Of a stretch of DNA of 64,000 nucleotides, positions 27,629 to 38,600 are shown piece after piece. The notes under the pieces are model-generated. The model did not search any database. It saw nothing but the letters and a program-made list of their open reading frames with translations, and was not told where the DNA came from. The stretch is taken from the NCBI GenBank assembly GCA_051880415.1, contig JBJENX010000050.1, positions 2,594-66,593 on the forward strand, given 5' to 3'. The position numbers were made by a program, and so were the translations under genes. The number at the start of each line of letters is the position of its first letter. Within the stretch, counting starts at the first letter, position 1. The stretch is from Lachnospiraceae bacterium. GTDB taxonomy: Bacteria; Bacillota; Clostridia; Lachnospirales; Lachnospiraceae.

Positions 27629-28930
27629 ATGAGCAATGATATAGCAATTAAAGTAGAGCATCTGACTAAGATGTATAAATTATATGATAAACCATCTGAC
27701 CGATTAAAAGAGTCTTTGGGCCTTTCTAAAAAGAAAAAATATCAGGAGCATTATGCATTAAAGGATGTAAGCATGGATATTAAGAAAGGTGAGACTGTTG
27801 GTATCATTGGAACGAATGGTTCCGGAAAGTCAACGATTCTTAAGATTATTACCGGGGTATTAAATCCTACAAGTGGCAATGTGTCCATTGATGGAAGAAT
27901 CTCAGCGTTGTTAGAGCTGGGAGCCGGATTTAATATGGAATATACAGGAATTGAAAATGTATATCTGAATGGAACCATGATAGGTTTTTCCAAGGAGGAG
28001 ATTGATGAACGTCTGGATGATATTGTTGCATTTGCTGATATTGGAGAATTTATTCATCAGCCTGTAAAATCATATTCCAGTGGTATGTTTGTGCGACTTG
28101 CTTTTGCTGTTGCAATTAACATTGATCCGGAAATTCTGATTGTTGATGAAGCATTGTCGGTAGGTGATGTGTTTTTTCAAACAAAATGTTATCATAAATT
28201 CGAGGAATTTAAAGAACAGGGAAAAACTATTTTATTTGTAAGTCATGATCTTGGAAGTATTGCAAAATATTGTGACAGAGTGGTTTTGTTAAATAAAGGT
28301 GAAAAAAAGGCTGAGGGAGAACCTCAGGAGATGGTTGACCTATACAAAAAAGTAATGGTTGGTCTTGATGGTGAGGATAATTGTAACCTCAAAAGAGATT
28401 CAGAGGATTGTACGAATGAACAAAAATTGGGAGAGAATAACAACCAACATACCACTTGGAAAGAGCAGCTTCGTTTAAATCCAAATGTGAATGAATATGG
28501 AAATGGAATGGCAGAACTTATTGATATTGGTATTTTTGATGAGAATGGGATAGTGACAAGCTCTATCATGAAAGGTACAAGGTTTACACTTAAATCAAAA
28601 GTGAAATTTTATGAAAAAGTGCAGGATCCAATATTTACATTTACATTTAGAGATATAAAGGGTACTGATATAACCGGTACAAATACAATGTATGAGAAGG
28701 TTAGTATTGGTTCTGCAAATCCACAGGAAGTGTATATTGCTTCGTTTGAACAGAATATGGATCTACAGGGTGGAGAGTATCTTTTATCAATGAGTTGTAC
28801 AGGTTTTGTAAATGGGGAATTTGTGGTATATCATAGGTTGTATAATGTTGTAAATGTGACTGTTATTTCGGGAAAAAATACGGTTGGTTTTTATGATATG
28901 AATTCTATAACAAAGATTGTAAAAGAATAG
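27629..28930 (+). CDS. ABC transporter ATP-binding protein (Wzt/RgpD/TagH-type) with C-terminal Wzt_C-like glycan-binding domain
   Basis: Has Walker A GTNGSGKST, signature YSSGM and Walker B ILIVDEALS. The C-terminal ~145 aa read NEYGNGMAELIDIGIFDENG...FRDIKGTDITGTNT...LQGGEYLL. ATG at 27629 follows TAGGAG. Confidence 0.88.
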   Translation: MSNDIAIKVEHLTKMYKLYDKPSDRLKESLGLSKKKKYQEHYALKDVSMDIKKGETVGIIGTNGSGKSTILKIITGVLNPTSGNVSIDGRISALLELGAGFNMEYTGIENVYLNGTMIGFSKEEIDERLDDIVAFADIGEFIHQPVKSYSSGMFVRLAFAVAINIDPEILIVDEALSVGDVFFQTKCYHKFEEFKEQGKTILFVSHDLGSIAKYCDRVVLLNKGEKKAEGEPQEMVDLYKKVMVGLDGEDNCNLKRDSEDCTNEQKLGENNNQHTTWKEQLRLNPNVNEYGNGMAELIDIGIFDENGIVTSSIMKGTRFTLKSKVKFYEKVQDPIFTFTFRDIKGTDITGTNTMYEKVSIGSANPQEVYIASFEQNMDLQGGEYLLSMSCTGFVNGEFVVYHRLYNVVNVTVISGKNTVGFYDMNSITKIVKE

Positions 28931-28942
28931 GAGAACAAAACG

Positions 28943-29902
28943 ATGAAGTTAATAATTCAAATACCATGTTATAATGAAGCAGAAACATTAGAAATTGCAT
29001 TAAATGACCTTCCAAAACATATTGATGGAATTGATGAAATAGAATATCTTATTATCAATGATGGGAGTAAGGACAATACAGTAGAAGTTGCTCGTAATTG
29101 GGGAGTTCATTATGTTGTTAACTTTAAAAGAAATAAAGGACTTGCAAAAGGGTTTATGGCCGGACTTGATGCATGTCTTCGTAATGGAGCGGACATTATT
29201 GTCAATACGGATGCAGATAATCAATATAATGGAGATGATATTGAAAAATTAGTTCGACCCATTATTGAAGGGAAGACAGACATTGTTATTGGAGAGAGAC
29301 CGATTGACCAGACAGAACACTTTTCTCCACTTAAAAAGAAATTACAACATTTTGGTAGCTGGGTTGTAAGAGTAGCTTCTGATTCGGATATTCCTGATGC
29401 ACCAAGTGGATTTCGTGCATATAGCAGGGAAGCTGCATTGAGAATAAATGTGACGAATGAATACACATATACATTGGAGACAATTGTACAAGCCGGAAGA
29501 GAGAAGATTGCTCAAACGTCTGTGCCGATTCGAACAAATGAAGAGTTAAGACCGTCGAGATTATTTAGCAGCATGTTCGGTTATGTTAAGAAATCCATGG
29601 TTACAATTATCCGGGCTTTTATGATGTACAAGCCTCTTAAGTTTTTTACGATTATTGGAATCATCCCATTTCTACTGGGGGTTGGTTTAGGATTAAGATA
29701 TGTAATAATGTTATGTATAGACGGGGCAGATGGGCATGTTCAGTCTTTGATACTTGCCAGTATACTGATTTTGATGGGATTTATGACGATTATTATTGGT
29801 TTGCAGGCTGATATTATTGCCCGAAATCGAAAGTTATTAGAGGATATTCAATATCATGTGAGAAAACTTGACTATGAGGGAAAGAATACAGATGATAAAT
29901 AG
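28943..29902 (+). CDS. GT2 polyprenyl-phosphate glycosyltransferase (CsbB/GtrB/ArnC-like)
   Basis: Has IIQIPCYNEAETLE, LIINDGSKDNT and NTDADNQY. Two C-terminal TM helices match the GtrB-type architecture. Confidence 0.75.
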   Translation: MKLIIQIPCYNEAETLEIALNDLPKHIDGIDEIEYLIINDGSKDNTVEVARNWGVHYVVNFKRNKGLAKGFMAGLDACLRNGADIIVNTDADNQYNGDDIEKLVRPIIEGKTDIVIGERPIDQTEHFSPLKKKLQHFGSWVVRVASDSDIPDAPSGFRAYSREAALRINVTNEYTYTLETIVQAGREKIAQTSVPIRTNEELRPSRLFSSMFGYVKKSMVTIIRAFMMYKPLKFFTIIGIIPFLLGVGLGLRYVIMLCIDGADGHVQSLILASILILMGFMTIIIGLQADIIARNRKLLEDIQYHVRKLDYEGKNTDDK

Positions 29903-29913
29903 GTATATATAAT

Positions 29914-30942
29914 ATGGAAAAGAGAGATTACAGAATTGATTTATTAAGATCAATTGCACTTGGTTGTATTATACTTGCACATGTAGGACCATCTTCTTTT
30001 GTATTTGAGTTGCGAAATTTTGATGTGACATGTATGTGTTTTTTAATGGGAATGTCTTATTGCCTGACAGCAAAAGATTTGGATTTTTTTGGTTATATTC
30101 ATTATATTATCAAAAGATTTAGACGACTTGTGATTCCAACATGGATTTTTCTGACGATATATTTTATTGTTTTTAATTTTTTGGGGATATCTTTCACTTT
30201 GCATGATTACAAATACTCATACTTTATGATTGACGGAATAGGATATGTTTGGATTATGCGGGTATATATGTTGATTGCAATTTTAATGCCTTTCTTTATG
30301 TTTATATGTAAGAATGTAAATTCAGAAGGTATTCTGTTGTTTATACTAATAATATGTTATGGATCTTATTTGTATTTGATAGATGTATATAATAGTGGAA
30401 TCGTGTCGGGGCATCATATTAATATATTATTTATGTATTTTGTATTATACGGAATTGGATTCGGTCTGATTTCTTATATCGGATTGATATATACTCAAAT
30501 ATCATCTAAGATGAAAGTTGTGATTTTTTTATTGTTGGGGGCCTGTTTTTTACTGATTGTAAATAATAATGGTTTTATGAGTCTTCAGGCATATAAATAT
30601 CCACCGACTGCATATTACATTACATATGGTATATGCGTTAGCATAATATTATACGAGCTGTTTGGTTTGAAAATATTTGAAAAGTTTATAAATTTAAAAA
30701 TATGGACATGGATTTCTAAAAATTCATTGTGGTTGTATTTTTTGCATGTATTTCCTGTGACGGCAATTAAAATATATAATTTGGGTTGTATTGAGAACAC
30801 AACAGTATTTCGATGGTTGTTTTGTGTTGTGATAGCAATTATAATGACATTAATGATGAACAACTTAATTAAATATGGAAAAATAGGAAAGAAGAAAGCA
30901 TATGAGAGATTTCATAAAGAGAATGTGGAAAAAATTCGTTAA
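29914..30942 (+). CDS. Acyltransferase family 3 membrane O-acyltransferase
   Basis: The N-terminus reads RIDLLRSIALGCIILAHV. About 10 TM helices follow. Confidence 0.8.
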   Translation: MEKRDYRIDLLRSIALGCIILAHVGPSSFVFELRNFDVTCMCFLMGMSYCLTAKDLDFFGYIHYIIKRFRRLVIPTWIFLTIYFIVFNFLGISFTLHDYKYSYFMIDGIGYVWIMRVYMLIAILMPFFMFICKNVNSEGILLFILIICYGSYLYLIDVYNSGIVSGHHINILFMYFVLYGIGFGLISYIGLIYTQISSKMKVVIFLLLGACFLLIVNNNGFMSLQAYKYPPTAYYITYGICVSIILYELFGLKIFEKFINLKIWTWISKNSLWLYFLHVFPVTAIKIYNLGCIENTTVFRWLFCVVIAIIMTLMMNNLIKYGKIGKKKAYERFHKENVEKIR

Positions 30943-31333
30943 TCGAGAGACTATATTATATGGTATATTTGGTGTAGGTACTTCCATATTAAATGTGGTT
31001 CTATTTAAAGTTTTGTTATTAACAAATATGGAGTACAAAGTTGCAAATTTGATAACAATTATTGTTGTAAAATTAGCAGCTTATTTATGTAATAAGAATT
31101 TTGTTTTTCAAAGTCACTGTAGTAATTTTTTAGAGTTGTTAAAGGAGTTTGGAAGGTTTGTTGTTGCACGTGGCGCTACTGCATTGATTGATTATTTTGG
31201 TGTGATATTATTGGTAGAACTATTGGATGCAAACAAAGTTATAAGCAAGATATTTGTTACGGTTTTGGTTATTGTAATTAATTATTTTGTCGGGAAGAAA
31301 CATGTGTTTAAAAATATCAAGACGGATGATTAA
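30902..31333 (+). CDS. GtrA-family small membrane protein (lipid-linked sugar translocation)
   Basis: About 140 aa with 4 TM helices. Has YGIFGVGTSILNVVLFKVL and KNFVFQS motifs. The start could be 30902 or 30923. Confidence 0.75.
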   Translation: MRDFIKRMWKKFVNRETILYGIFGVGTSILNVVLFKVLLLTNMEYKVANLITIIVVKLAAYLCNKNFVFQSHCSNFLELLKEFGRFVVARGATALIDYFGVILLVELLDANKVISKIFVTVLVIVINYFVGKKHVFKNIKTDD

Positions 31334-31356
31334 CAAGTCAACAGGAGATTATTTTA

Positions 31357-33660
31357 ATGAATTATAAGATTATTAAACAAGCATTAATTGAAAAAAAAGA
31401 ATATGTTTTTGCAACTAGTGTATGGTTTTTATTAATTCTTTTGTTATACGGTAGATTTATCTTCACTGATGCACAGATATCACCAACCAATCTTATGTAT
31501 TCTTTTGCGGTTCCATATTCGTCGTATGAAATAGAAACTGAGGGTCCATTATTATCCGATCCGGTTGATCAACAATTGCCACCTTTGTATAGCATTTATA
31601 AGCTTCATGATTCTATATTTTGGAATTCTGATATGGCTTTTGGAACAGCAAATACTTTAGAAACAGTGATGTATCCTTTAAATTGGGTGTTTGTTTTACC
31701 AATGGGGATAGCATTTTTATTAAAATGTGTTTTGAAGACGTCAATTGCTTATTTTGGTATTTATCTATTAATAAGACAGATAAAGTGTAATAATAGTTCA
31801 GCAATAATAAGTGCATTAATGTATTCATGTTGTTCGGGAATGGTTACATGGTTTTATTGGCCTCATACAGATGTTATGGCTTTTGCACCATGGGCCTTTT
31901 TGTACGCAGATAAAATGATGCAATCCAAAAACTTTAAATATGCAATACATTTGGGAATGATTATTTATTTATTGATTGTTGCGGGGATGCTTTCATTTGC
32001 CGGATATATATTATATATGGTAGGCTTTTATGTGTTATTTGGTGCAATTATAAATAACAAAAAACATATAAAAGCAATTATAAAAATATATTTTTTCTTT
32101 GCGAGCTCTGTGGGATTAGGACTTGTTATGTCGTTACCATATTTAAAACAGATGATTAGTGAGGTTATTGATAATGGATATGCGGATTCTCGTTTAAGTA
32201 TGGCAAGAAGTATATTTAGCTTCTCATATCTAAGAACTTTCTTTTTGCCATATTTTAGAAATGAATTGTCTATTACTTTTACGGAAGGAACTTTTTATAT
32301 AGGTCTTTTGGGTGTACTTTTGGTTGGTCTGAGTTTTGTATACATCCGACAAATAAAAAATAAATATTGGCCAATCTCAGCAATGATATTAGCGGTTTTA
32401 TTATTTACTCATTGGTTAGATGAAATATATGTTTTAATGCCAGCGGTAAATACATCTTCGAGGCTTAGGTTGGTAAATCCTTTTGCGTTAGTATTATGCG
32501 TTATTGTTGGATTAGTATTTAATCAATTTAATAAATCATGCTCTGAAAAAAATAGTACAATAAGATATTTTATTATGCGATGTATAATATATGTTGTTGT
32601 TGTATTTGTCGCAGTTCATTATGCAAAAGTTGAAATTCTTTTTGATGGTAACGAATATAAGAAAATGCTTGTCGTGTTGGCTGGGTTTATCATACTTTTG
32701 GAGTTATATATTAATGGTAGGAATATAAAAGGAAAATTGGTTTCGTATGGTTTGTTATTGGTTTTTTTATTTGTCGATATGATACCATTTGTTGAGGAAT
32801 ATCAACCTGTAATTTATGGTGATGTCGATATGATTCCGGAACCAACAGAAAGTGTAGAATTTCTTCAAAATAATTTAGATGATGCAAGAATTTATCCGAT
32901 TTCAGGGTGGACAATGTTCCCGAATTCCAATGAGTATTATAATATTTCAAGCATATCGGGGCATGGATTTGTAAATACAAATCAAGATGTGATAAGCTAT
33001 TTGAAGATTGTAGACGATGAGTGTTATGCAACTGTAACTAATGTTCATGGTCAAAAAGTTGATAATTATAACTTACTTTCATGGGCAGGTGTAAAGTATA
33101 TAGTTTGTGATAAAAATTCAAGTGCAAATATGGAACAGGGGCTGAAAAAAGTTCATGAAGGAAATGATGGAGTAGATATATATGAGTTGGAACAGTATGC
33201 ACCTAGAATATATTTGGCAGAAAATGCAGTAAAAATAAAAAAATCAGAGTTAATATTAGATGAAATGGCGAATCTATATAAGCCCAATACAGTATATTTT
33301 GAAAAGGAAAATGGAAAAGATTATAATTATACATTATCAAAAACAGAAGAATTAAAAGTTATTCAAAATGAAGATGATAACGTGAAAGTATCTGTTAACC
33401 TCGAAAATGGAAGATATGTAGTATTTAACGATTATTATAATGATGATTGGAATGTATATGTGGATGGAGAACTTTCAAATCTTGAAAAAGTTAATTATTT
33501 ATTTAAAGGAGTTTATGTAGAAAAAGGTGAACATATAGTAGAGTTTAGGTATAATTCTAAGAATTTGATTGTTTTAATGTTCATATCATCAATTTGTTTT
33601 GTGTCGTGTATAATTAGTTTAATAGTTCTGACGAAAAAAACAAGTGGAGGTAAGCTGTGA
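31357..33660 (+). CDS. YfhO-like polytopic membrane glycosyltransferase (GT-C-type, extracytoplasmic)
   Basis: 767 aa with many TM helices and a large C-terminal extracytoplasmic domain. An N-terminal SDPVDQQLPPLY...W....G....YPLNW pattern resembles the YfhO first-loop region. It is adjacent to CsbB-like and GtrA genes. Confidence 0.55.
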   Translation: MNYKIIKQALIEKKEYVFATSVWFLLILLLYGRFIFTDAQISPTNLMYSFAVPYSSYEIETEGPLLSDPVDQQLPPLYSIYKLHDSIFWNSDMAFGTANTLETVMYPLNWVFVLPMGIAFLLKCVLKTSIAYFGIYLLIRQIKCNNSSAIISALMYSCCSGMVTWFYWPHTDVMAFAPWAFLYADKMMQSKNFKYAIHLGMIIYLLIVAGMLSFAGYILYMVGFYVLFGAIINNKKHIKAIIKIYFFFASSVGLGLVMSLPYLKQMISEVIDNGYADSRLSMARSIFSFSYLRTFFLPYFRNELSITFTEGTFYIGLLGVLLVGLSFVYIRQIKNKYWPISAMILAVLLFTHWLDEIYVLMPAVNTSSRLRLVNPFALVLCVIVGLVFNQFNKSCSEKNSTIRYFIMRCIIYVVVVFVAVHYAKVEILFDGNEYKKMLVVLAGFIILLELYINGRNIKGKLVSYGLLLVFLFVDMIPFVEEYQPVIYGDVDMIPEPTESVEFLQNNLDDARIYPISGWTMFPNSNEYYNISSISGHGFVNTNQDVISYLKIVDDECYATVTNVHGQKVDNYNLLSWAGVKYIVCDKNSSANMEQGLKKVHEGNDGVDIYELEQYAPRIYLAENAVKIKKSELILDEMANLYKPNTVYFEKENGKDYNYTLSKTEELKVIQNEDDNVKVSVNLENGRYVVFNDYYNDDWNVYVDGELSNLEKVNYLFKGVYVEKGEHIVEFRYNSKNLIVLMFISSICFVSCIISLIVLTKKTSGGKL

Positions 33661-34793
33661 TGCGAGAGTTACATGAGGATAAAAAAGATGCATCTGTTGA
33701 GTTGATGAGAATAGTTGCATGTATAACAGTTATTGCGACACATATCAAATTGCGTGATTTTGTTTGTTTAGATGGAACTATTAATAAAAGTCAAATTTTT
33801 CTTGCAAGTTTTGCCGGAACAGAAGGTGTGGCAGTTTTTTTTATGATTGCAGGTTTTTTTATGTTCCGAAGTAATAGTTTTAAAAAGATGATTTCCCGTT
33901 GTGTGAAATCCATTATATTACCAAGTTTAGTTTATGTGATATTACTATGTTTTTTGGGGGAATGGATAAGCGGAAGACAGAATGTACTAATTTCAATAAA
34001 AACAGGGATACAATATATAAAACCTACAATAATAGGCATTTTAAATTGGGATGCTAATGCTTTTATGCATGGGGGACATTTGTGGTATATTTTTACATAT
34101 ATTCAGTGTATGTTATGGTTTCCGTTATTAAAATATGTTTGTACAGAATTGGATAAAAATGCTATAAAGGTTAGGCGATATATTATGATAATGGCCATTT
34201 TAAATATTTGCATCAATGATTTAAAAAAGATATTTACTTCAGGGATAGTAACGGTAACAGCCTATACCATCGTAAGTATAGCATTGTTTGAGATGTTGTG
34301 GGGATATGAATTATATACCAATATTAGGGGGAAGTGCTTAAACAATAGAGTGATTCGCGTTGTGGTATTCTTTCTATATTTTGTATTACATTACGTGAAT
34401 TATCTCATTGGTTTGTATTTGTTTCAGGTGACGGATGGAACGACATGGGGATTTGCGTGGAATAATCTTGTATATATTTTGTCTGCAACATGCTTGATTA
34501 TTTTTTTCTTTACCTTTGATTTTAAACATAAAAAAATTATTAACTTTATATCTTCTTGCACTTTTTATATTTATATAATACATTATGCTTTGGTTGTAAA
34601 ATTTGAAACGTCTGGATGGCACAGTCGTATAGTTGATTATTTTATCATGAAAAATGATAATATTTTTGGAGAAATTGGATATACAGTTGGATATACCTTA
34701 ATTATATTTATTCTGTCATTTTTGATTTCGGAGATAATTATGGAGTTACAGGCGATTATTGGTTTATTGAAAAAAAAGATAAGTAGAGGGTGA
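33660..34793 (+). CDS. Acyltransferase family 3 membrane O-acyltransferase (second copy)
   Basis: Has VELMRIVACITVIATHI and is polytopic. The ATG overlaps the upstream stop codon (TGATG). Confidence 0.75.
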   Translation: MRELHEDKKDASVELMRIVACITVIATHIKLRDFVCLDGTINKSQIFLASFAGTEGVAVFFMIAGFFMFRSNSFKKMISRCVKSIILPSLVYVILLCFLGEWISGRQNVLISIKTGIQYIKPTIIGILNWDANAFMHGGHLWYIFTYIQCMLWFPLLKYVCTELDKNAIKVRRYIMIMAILNICINDLKKIFTSGIVTVTAYTIVSIALFEMLWGYELYTNIRGKCLNNRVIRVVVFFLYFVLHYVNYLIGLYLFQVTDGTTWGFAWNNLVYILSATCLIIFFFTFDFKHKKIINFISSCTFYIYIIHYALVVKFETSGWHSRIVDYFIMKNDNIFGEIGYTVGYTLIIFILSFLISEIIMELQAIIGLLKKKISRG

Positions 34794-34802
34794 TGATCAT
34801 AT

Positions 34803-35654
34803 ATGGGAAATAAATATATTGATTTTTTTAATAAAAATTCTAATATAGAACAGGGCTTATCAAGAATAGATGATTATGATTTGTTTTATCAGTTTGCACC
34901 TATGAGGAAAAATATTATCAATTGGTATAAATATAAAGAAAATTCAACTGTGTTAGAGATCGGTTGTGGTTGTGGAACATTAACAGAGTTTTTTTTAGAA
35001 TTTGCAAAAAATGTGACTACTCTTGAAATTGATGATGAGTTATTTGCAATGAGTAAATTGCGTTTTAACGATATTGAAAATGTGGATAACCGTTGTGGAG
35101 ATTTTTCTGCAATAAGGGAATATGAAAAGTTTGATTATATTGTAATGATTGGTGTATTTGAAAAACTGGGGAAATATTTTCCTTATTTAAATGTAAATGA
35201 TATGGAACAACTATATGTTCAATATTTAAGAATTATATGTTCCCATTTGACTGAAAATGGGGAAATTATAATTGGTTTAGATAATAAATATGGCTTAAAA
35301 TTCTGGTCTGGAATGAAGGATGAATTTAGTGGAAAAGAATTTTATGGAATTGAAGGAGATGTATCTGAGGCCTCTCTTAGTAGATTTGGTTATAAAAATC
35401 TGATGAGTTTGTTTAATAGAATTAAAGATATTCATATTGATTATTACTATCCGGTTCCGGATTTTCGATTTCCAACAGAAATATATTCAGATGAGTATCT
35501 TCCCAAACCGGGATGTATAAATAAAATAACTCCATCTTATAGAGAAAATCGCTTGATGATATTTGATGAGGTTCGCGCATTTGAAAATATATGTAAAGAT
35601 GGACTTTTTAAAGAATTTGCAAATTCTTATCTTATGATATGTAAAAAGAAATAG
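34803..35654 (+). CDS. Class I SAM-dependent methyltransferase with ~90-aa C-terminal extension
   Basis: Motif I is VLEIGCGCGTLTEFF. An acidic loop reads TLEID. The post-I region reads YIVMIGVFE. Confidence 0.75.
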   Translation: MGNKYIDFFNKNSNIEQGLSRIDDYDLFYQFAPMRKNIINWYKYKENSTVLEIGCGCGTLTEFFLEFAKNVTTLEIDDELFAMSKLRFNDIENVDNRCGDFSAIREYEKFDYIVMIGVFEKLGKYFPYLNVNDMEQLYVQYLRIICSHLTENGEIIIGLDNKYGLKFWSGMKDEFSGKEFYGIEGDVSEASLSRFGYKNLMSLFNRIKDIHIDYYYPVPDFRFPTEIYSDEYLPKPGCINKITPSYRENRLMIFDEVRAFENICKDGLFKEFANSYLMICKKK

Positions 35655-35674
35655 CGAAAATAATATTTGTGTAG

Positions 35675-38600
35675 ATGGAGAATAGAATGGAAAAGATAAT
35701 ATATACAAAATATAACTCAACTAGAAAACCGGAATTTCGTCTTATGACATCAATAATTGAATCAGAAGATGGATGGTATGTTAAAAAAATGCCTATTGAA
35801 AATGATGCGTATAAACTTATAGATAAAATAAAAAATAATTATTCACTGCTATTATCCTGTAATTATGATTATATACCGGTGGAATATTGTGAACAATCAG
35901 GTGGTCTTTGTTTTAAATATATTACAGGAGAATCTCCGTTGGATTCAATAGATTTTCGGCATGAGAAATTAGAGACCATAATTAATAAAATTAAAGATGT
36001 TATTGGTTGTATTTTTCCTGTTGATGATACTAATTGTAAGAGGTTTGAATATTGTGATTCGTTTGAAGAAATGTTTCCAACGTGCAGACCTAGTGAAAAT
36101 GAAAAAAGTTACTATATTTCAAATATTGATTCTATTTTTGATAATTTTATTATTAAAGATGATAAAATTTGGTGTATAGATTATGAATGGGTTGTTGATT
36201 TTGATGTCCCAATTCGTTATTTAGTATATAGAGCATTACATTATTTGTATTTAGAAAAAAAAGTATTTTTAGATTCTTATATAAATGAGGAAACTTTTTT
36301 GTCTCAATTTGATTTCTCAGACAAAGATATAGAATTATTCTACAGTATGGAGATGAAGTTTCAACAATATGTATATGGTGAAAATTGGCAGTGTGATTTG
36401 CTTGGAAAATATGAGAAAAAGAATAATATTTTGAACCCATCGCAAACAGAAGTTGAGTTGTTAAATAAAGAGATAGAAATGAAAAATGTTCATATTAAAA
36501 ATTTATCTGCTCAAATTGAAATAGATACCAATAAAATGGAAAATATGAATACATTAATTAATCAAAAAGATGTGCATATTGGAAATTTAAGTAGGGAGCT
36601 AAAAAATAAAGATGTAATAATAGAAAACAAAGAAATAATAATAGAAGATAAGGATATTCATATATCCAATTTAAATAAGATAATTAAAGATAAGGATTTA
36701 CAAATCGGGGCTTTGAGTGAATATGTGTCAAAAGTAAAAAGGGCGTTTCGTGATCCGCTGTATGCGACTAAAATTTTCTGTAAGAAGATTTTGCGTAGAA
36801 TAAAATCCAAAAAAAATCAGTTTGTGGATAGTTATTATGATAAGAAATATAGAGATTTAAGAGAGATAAGTGTAGACGAAAAGTATCGTAAATGGATTGT
36901 ACAATTGGAAAAACAAGATTGCATAAGAGAAACTTTTGAGTATAATCCTATGATTTCTGTTTTAGTGCCGGTATATAATGTATTAGACAAACATCTGGTT
37001 CCATGTATTGAGTCTGTTCTTAATCAAATATATACTAATTGGGAGTTGTGTCTTGTTGATGATGCATCCACGTGGGGGAATGTAAAAAAGACATTAAAAG
37101 GATATGAAAATCATGAAAGGATAAAAGTAATATATAGAGAAGAAAACGGACATATATCAAGAGCTACAAATTCTGCATTAGAAATTGCAACTGGAGAATT
37201 TGTTGCATTTTTGGATTGTGATGATTTGTTGAGTCCAAATGCGTTATATGAGGTTGTTAAGAAACTAAATGAAGATGCATCCCTTGATTTTATATATAGT
37301 GATGAGGATAAAATTGATGATGATGGTAATAATCGCCATATGCCCCATTTTAAACCGGATTGGTCTCCGGACACATTGCTTTCTATGATGTATACATGTC
37401 ACTTGGGCGTTTATAGAAGAACTATTCTAAATAAAATTGGGGGATTTAGAGTCGGTTATGAGGGTGCCCAGGATTATGATATGACCCTGCGGTTTGTGGA
37501 ACAAACTAATAAAATTGGACATATATCTAAAATATTATATCATTGGAGGGAACGGGCAGAATCAACAGCGGGTGCTTCTGATGCAAAACCCTATATAATT
37601 GAAGCTAATAAAAGGGCAAAAGAAGATGCATTACTAAGAAGATGTATTAATGCAAGTGTTGGACGAATTGAGAACAGCTTTTATTTTAGAATAAGATATG
37701 TGGTTGAAAATAATCCTAAGGTAAGTATATTGATTCCTTCAAAAGATAACTATAGGATTTTAAGACGTTGTGTAGATTCAATCTATATGAAAACAGAGTA
37801 TAAAAACTTTGAACTTATTTTAATAGATAATGGTAGTTCTGGTCATAATAAATTATTATATAGTGCTTTGGCAGATCAATATGGATTTAAATATATTTAT
37901 AAAAAACAGGATTTTAATTTTTCTAGAATGTGTAATATTGCTGCCCAAAATGCATCTGGAAAGTATTTCTTGTTTTTGAACGATGATACTGAAGTTTTAT
38001 CAGGTGATTGGTTAGAGTTGATGTTGGGACAAGCGCAGCAAAGTCATGTTGGTGCGGTAGGAGCAAAACTTTTATATCCTGAGACAGAGAATATTCAGCA
38101 TGTTGGAATAATTAATTTAAAAGTTGGACCATCTCATGCATTTGCTAATTATCCTGACAATCAAATATATTATTTCGGCCGTAATTATATTGAATACAAT
38201 TATATAGCTGTTACGGGAGCTTGTTTGATGATAGAAAAAGATAAATTTGAACAAGTTGGTGGATTTGATGAAGAATTAGCAGTTGCATATAATGATGTTG
38301 ATCTTTGCTTTAAGTTGGTAGAGGCAGGATATTATAATGTAGTGCGTAATGATGTTATTTTATTGCATTATGAATCTATTAGTCGGGGATATGATAATAC
38401 GGATGATGAGAAATTTAAAAGATTAACAAAGGAACGGGAAAAGTTGTATCAAAAGCACGAAATATACCGTGAGTATGATCCTTTTTACAATATTAACTTG
38501 TGCGATGACAATATAGATTATTCTTATAATTATTCAAATGTAATGAGCAAAATGATGGAAGTGAGTACTAATCCGGTTGAAGCTAAAGATGCGACTACAT

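Noticed and set aside
35654-35687. Methyltransferase and kinase-like ORFs as one gene broken by a simple frameshift
   Set aside because: The two ORFs are in different frames. The downstream ORF has its own RBS-like GGAGA and ATG, and a stop plus a 20-nt gap separates them. This looks like a functional two-ORF arrangement, although an ancestral fusion cannot be excluded.
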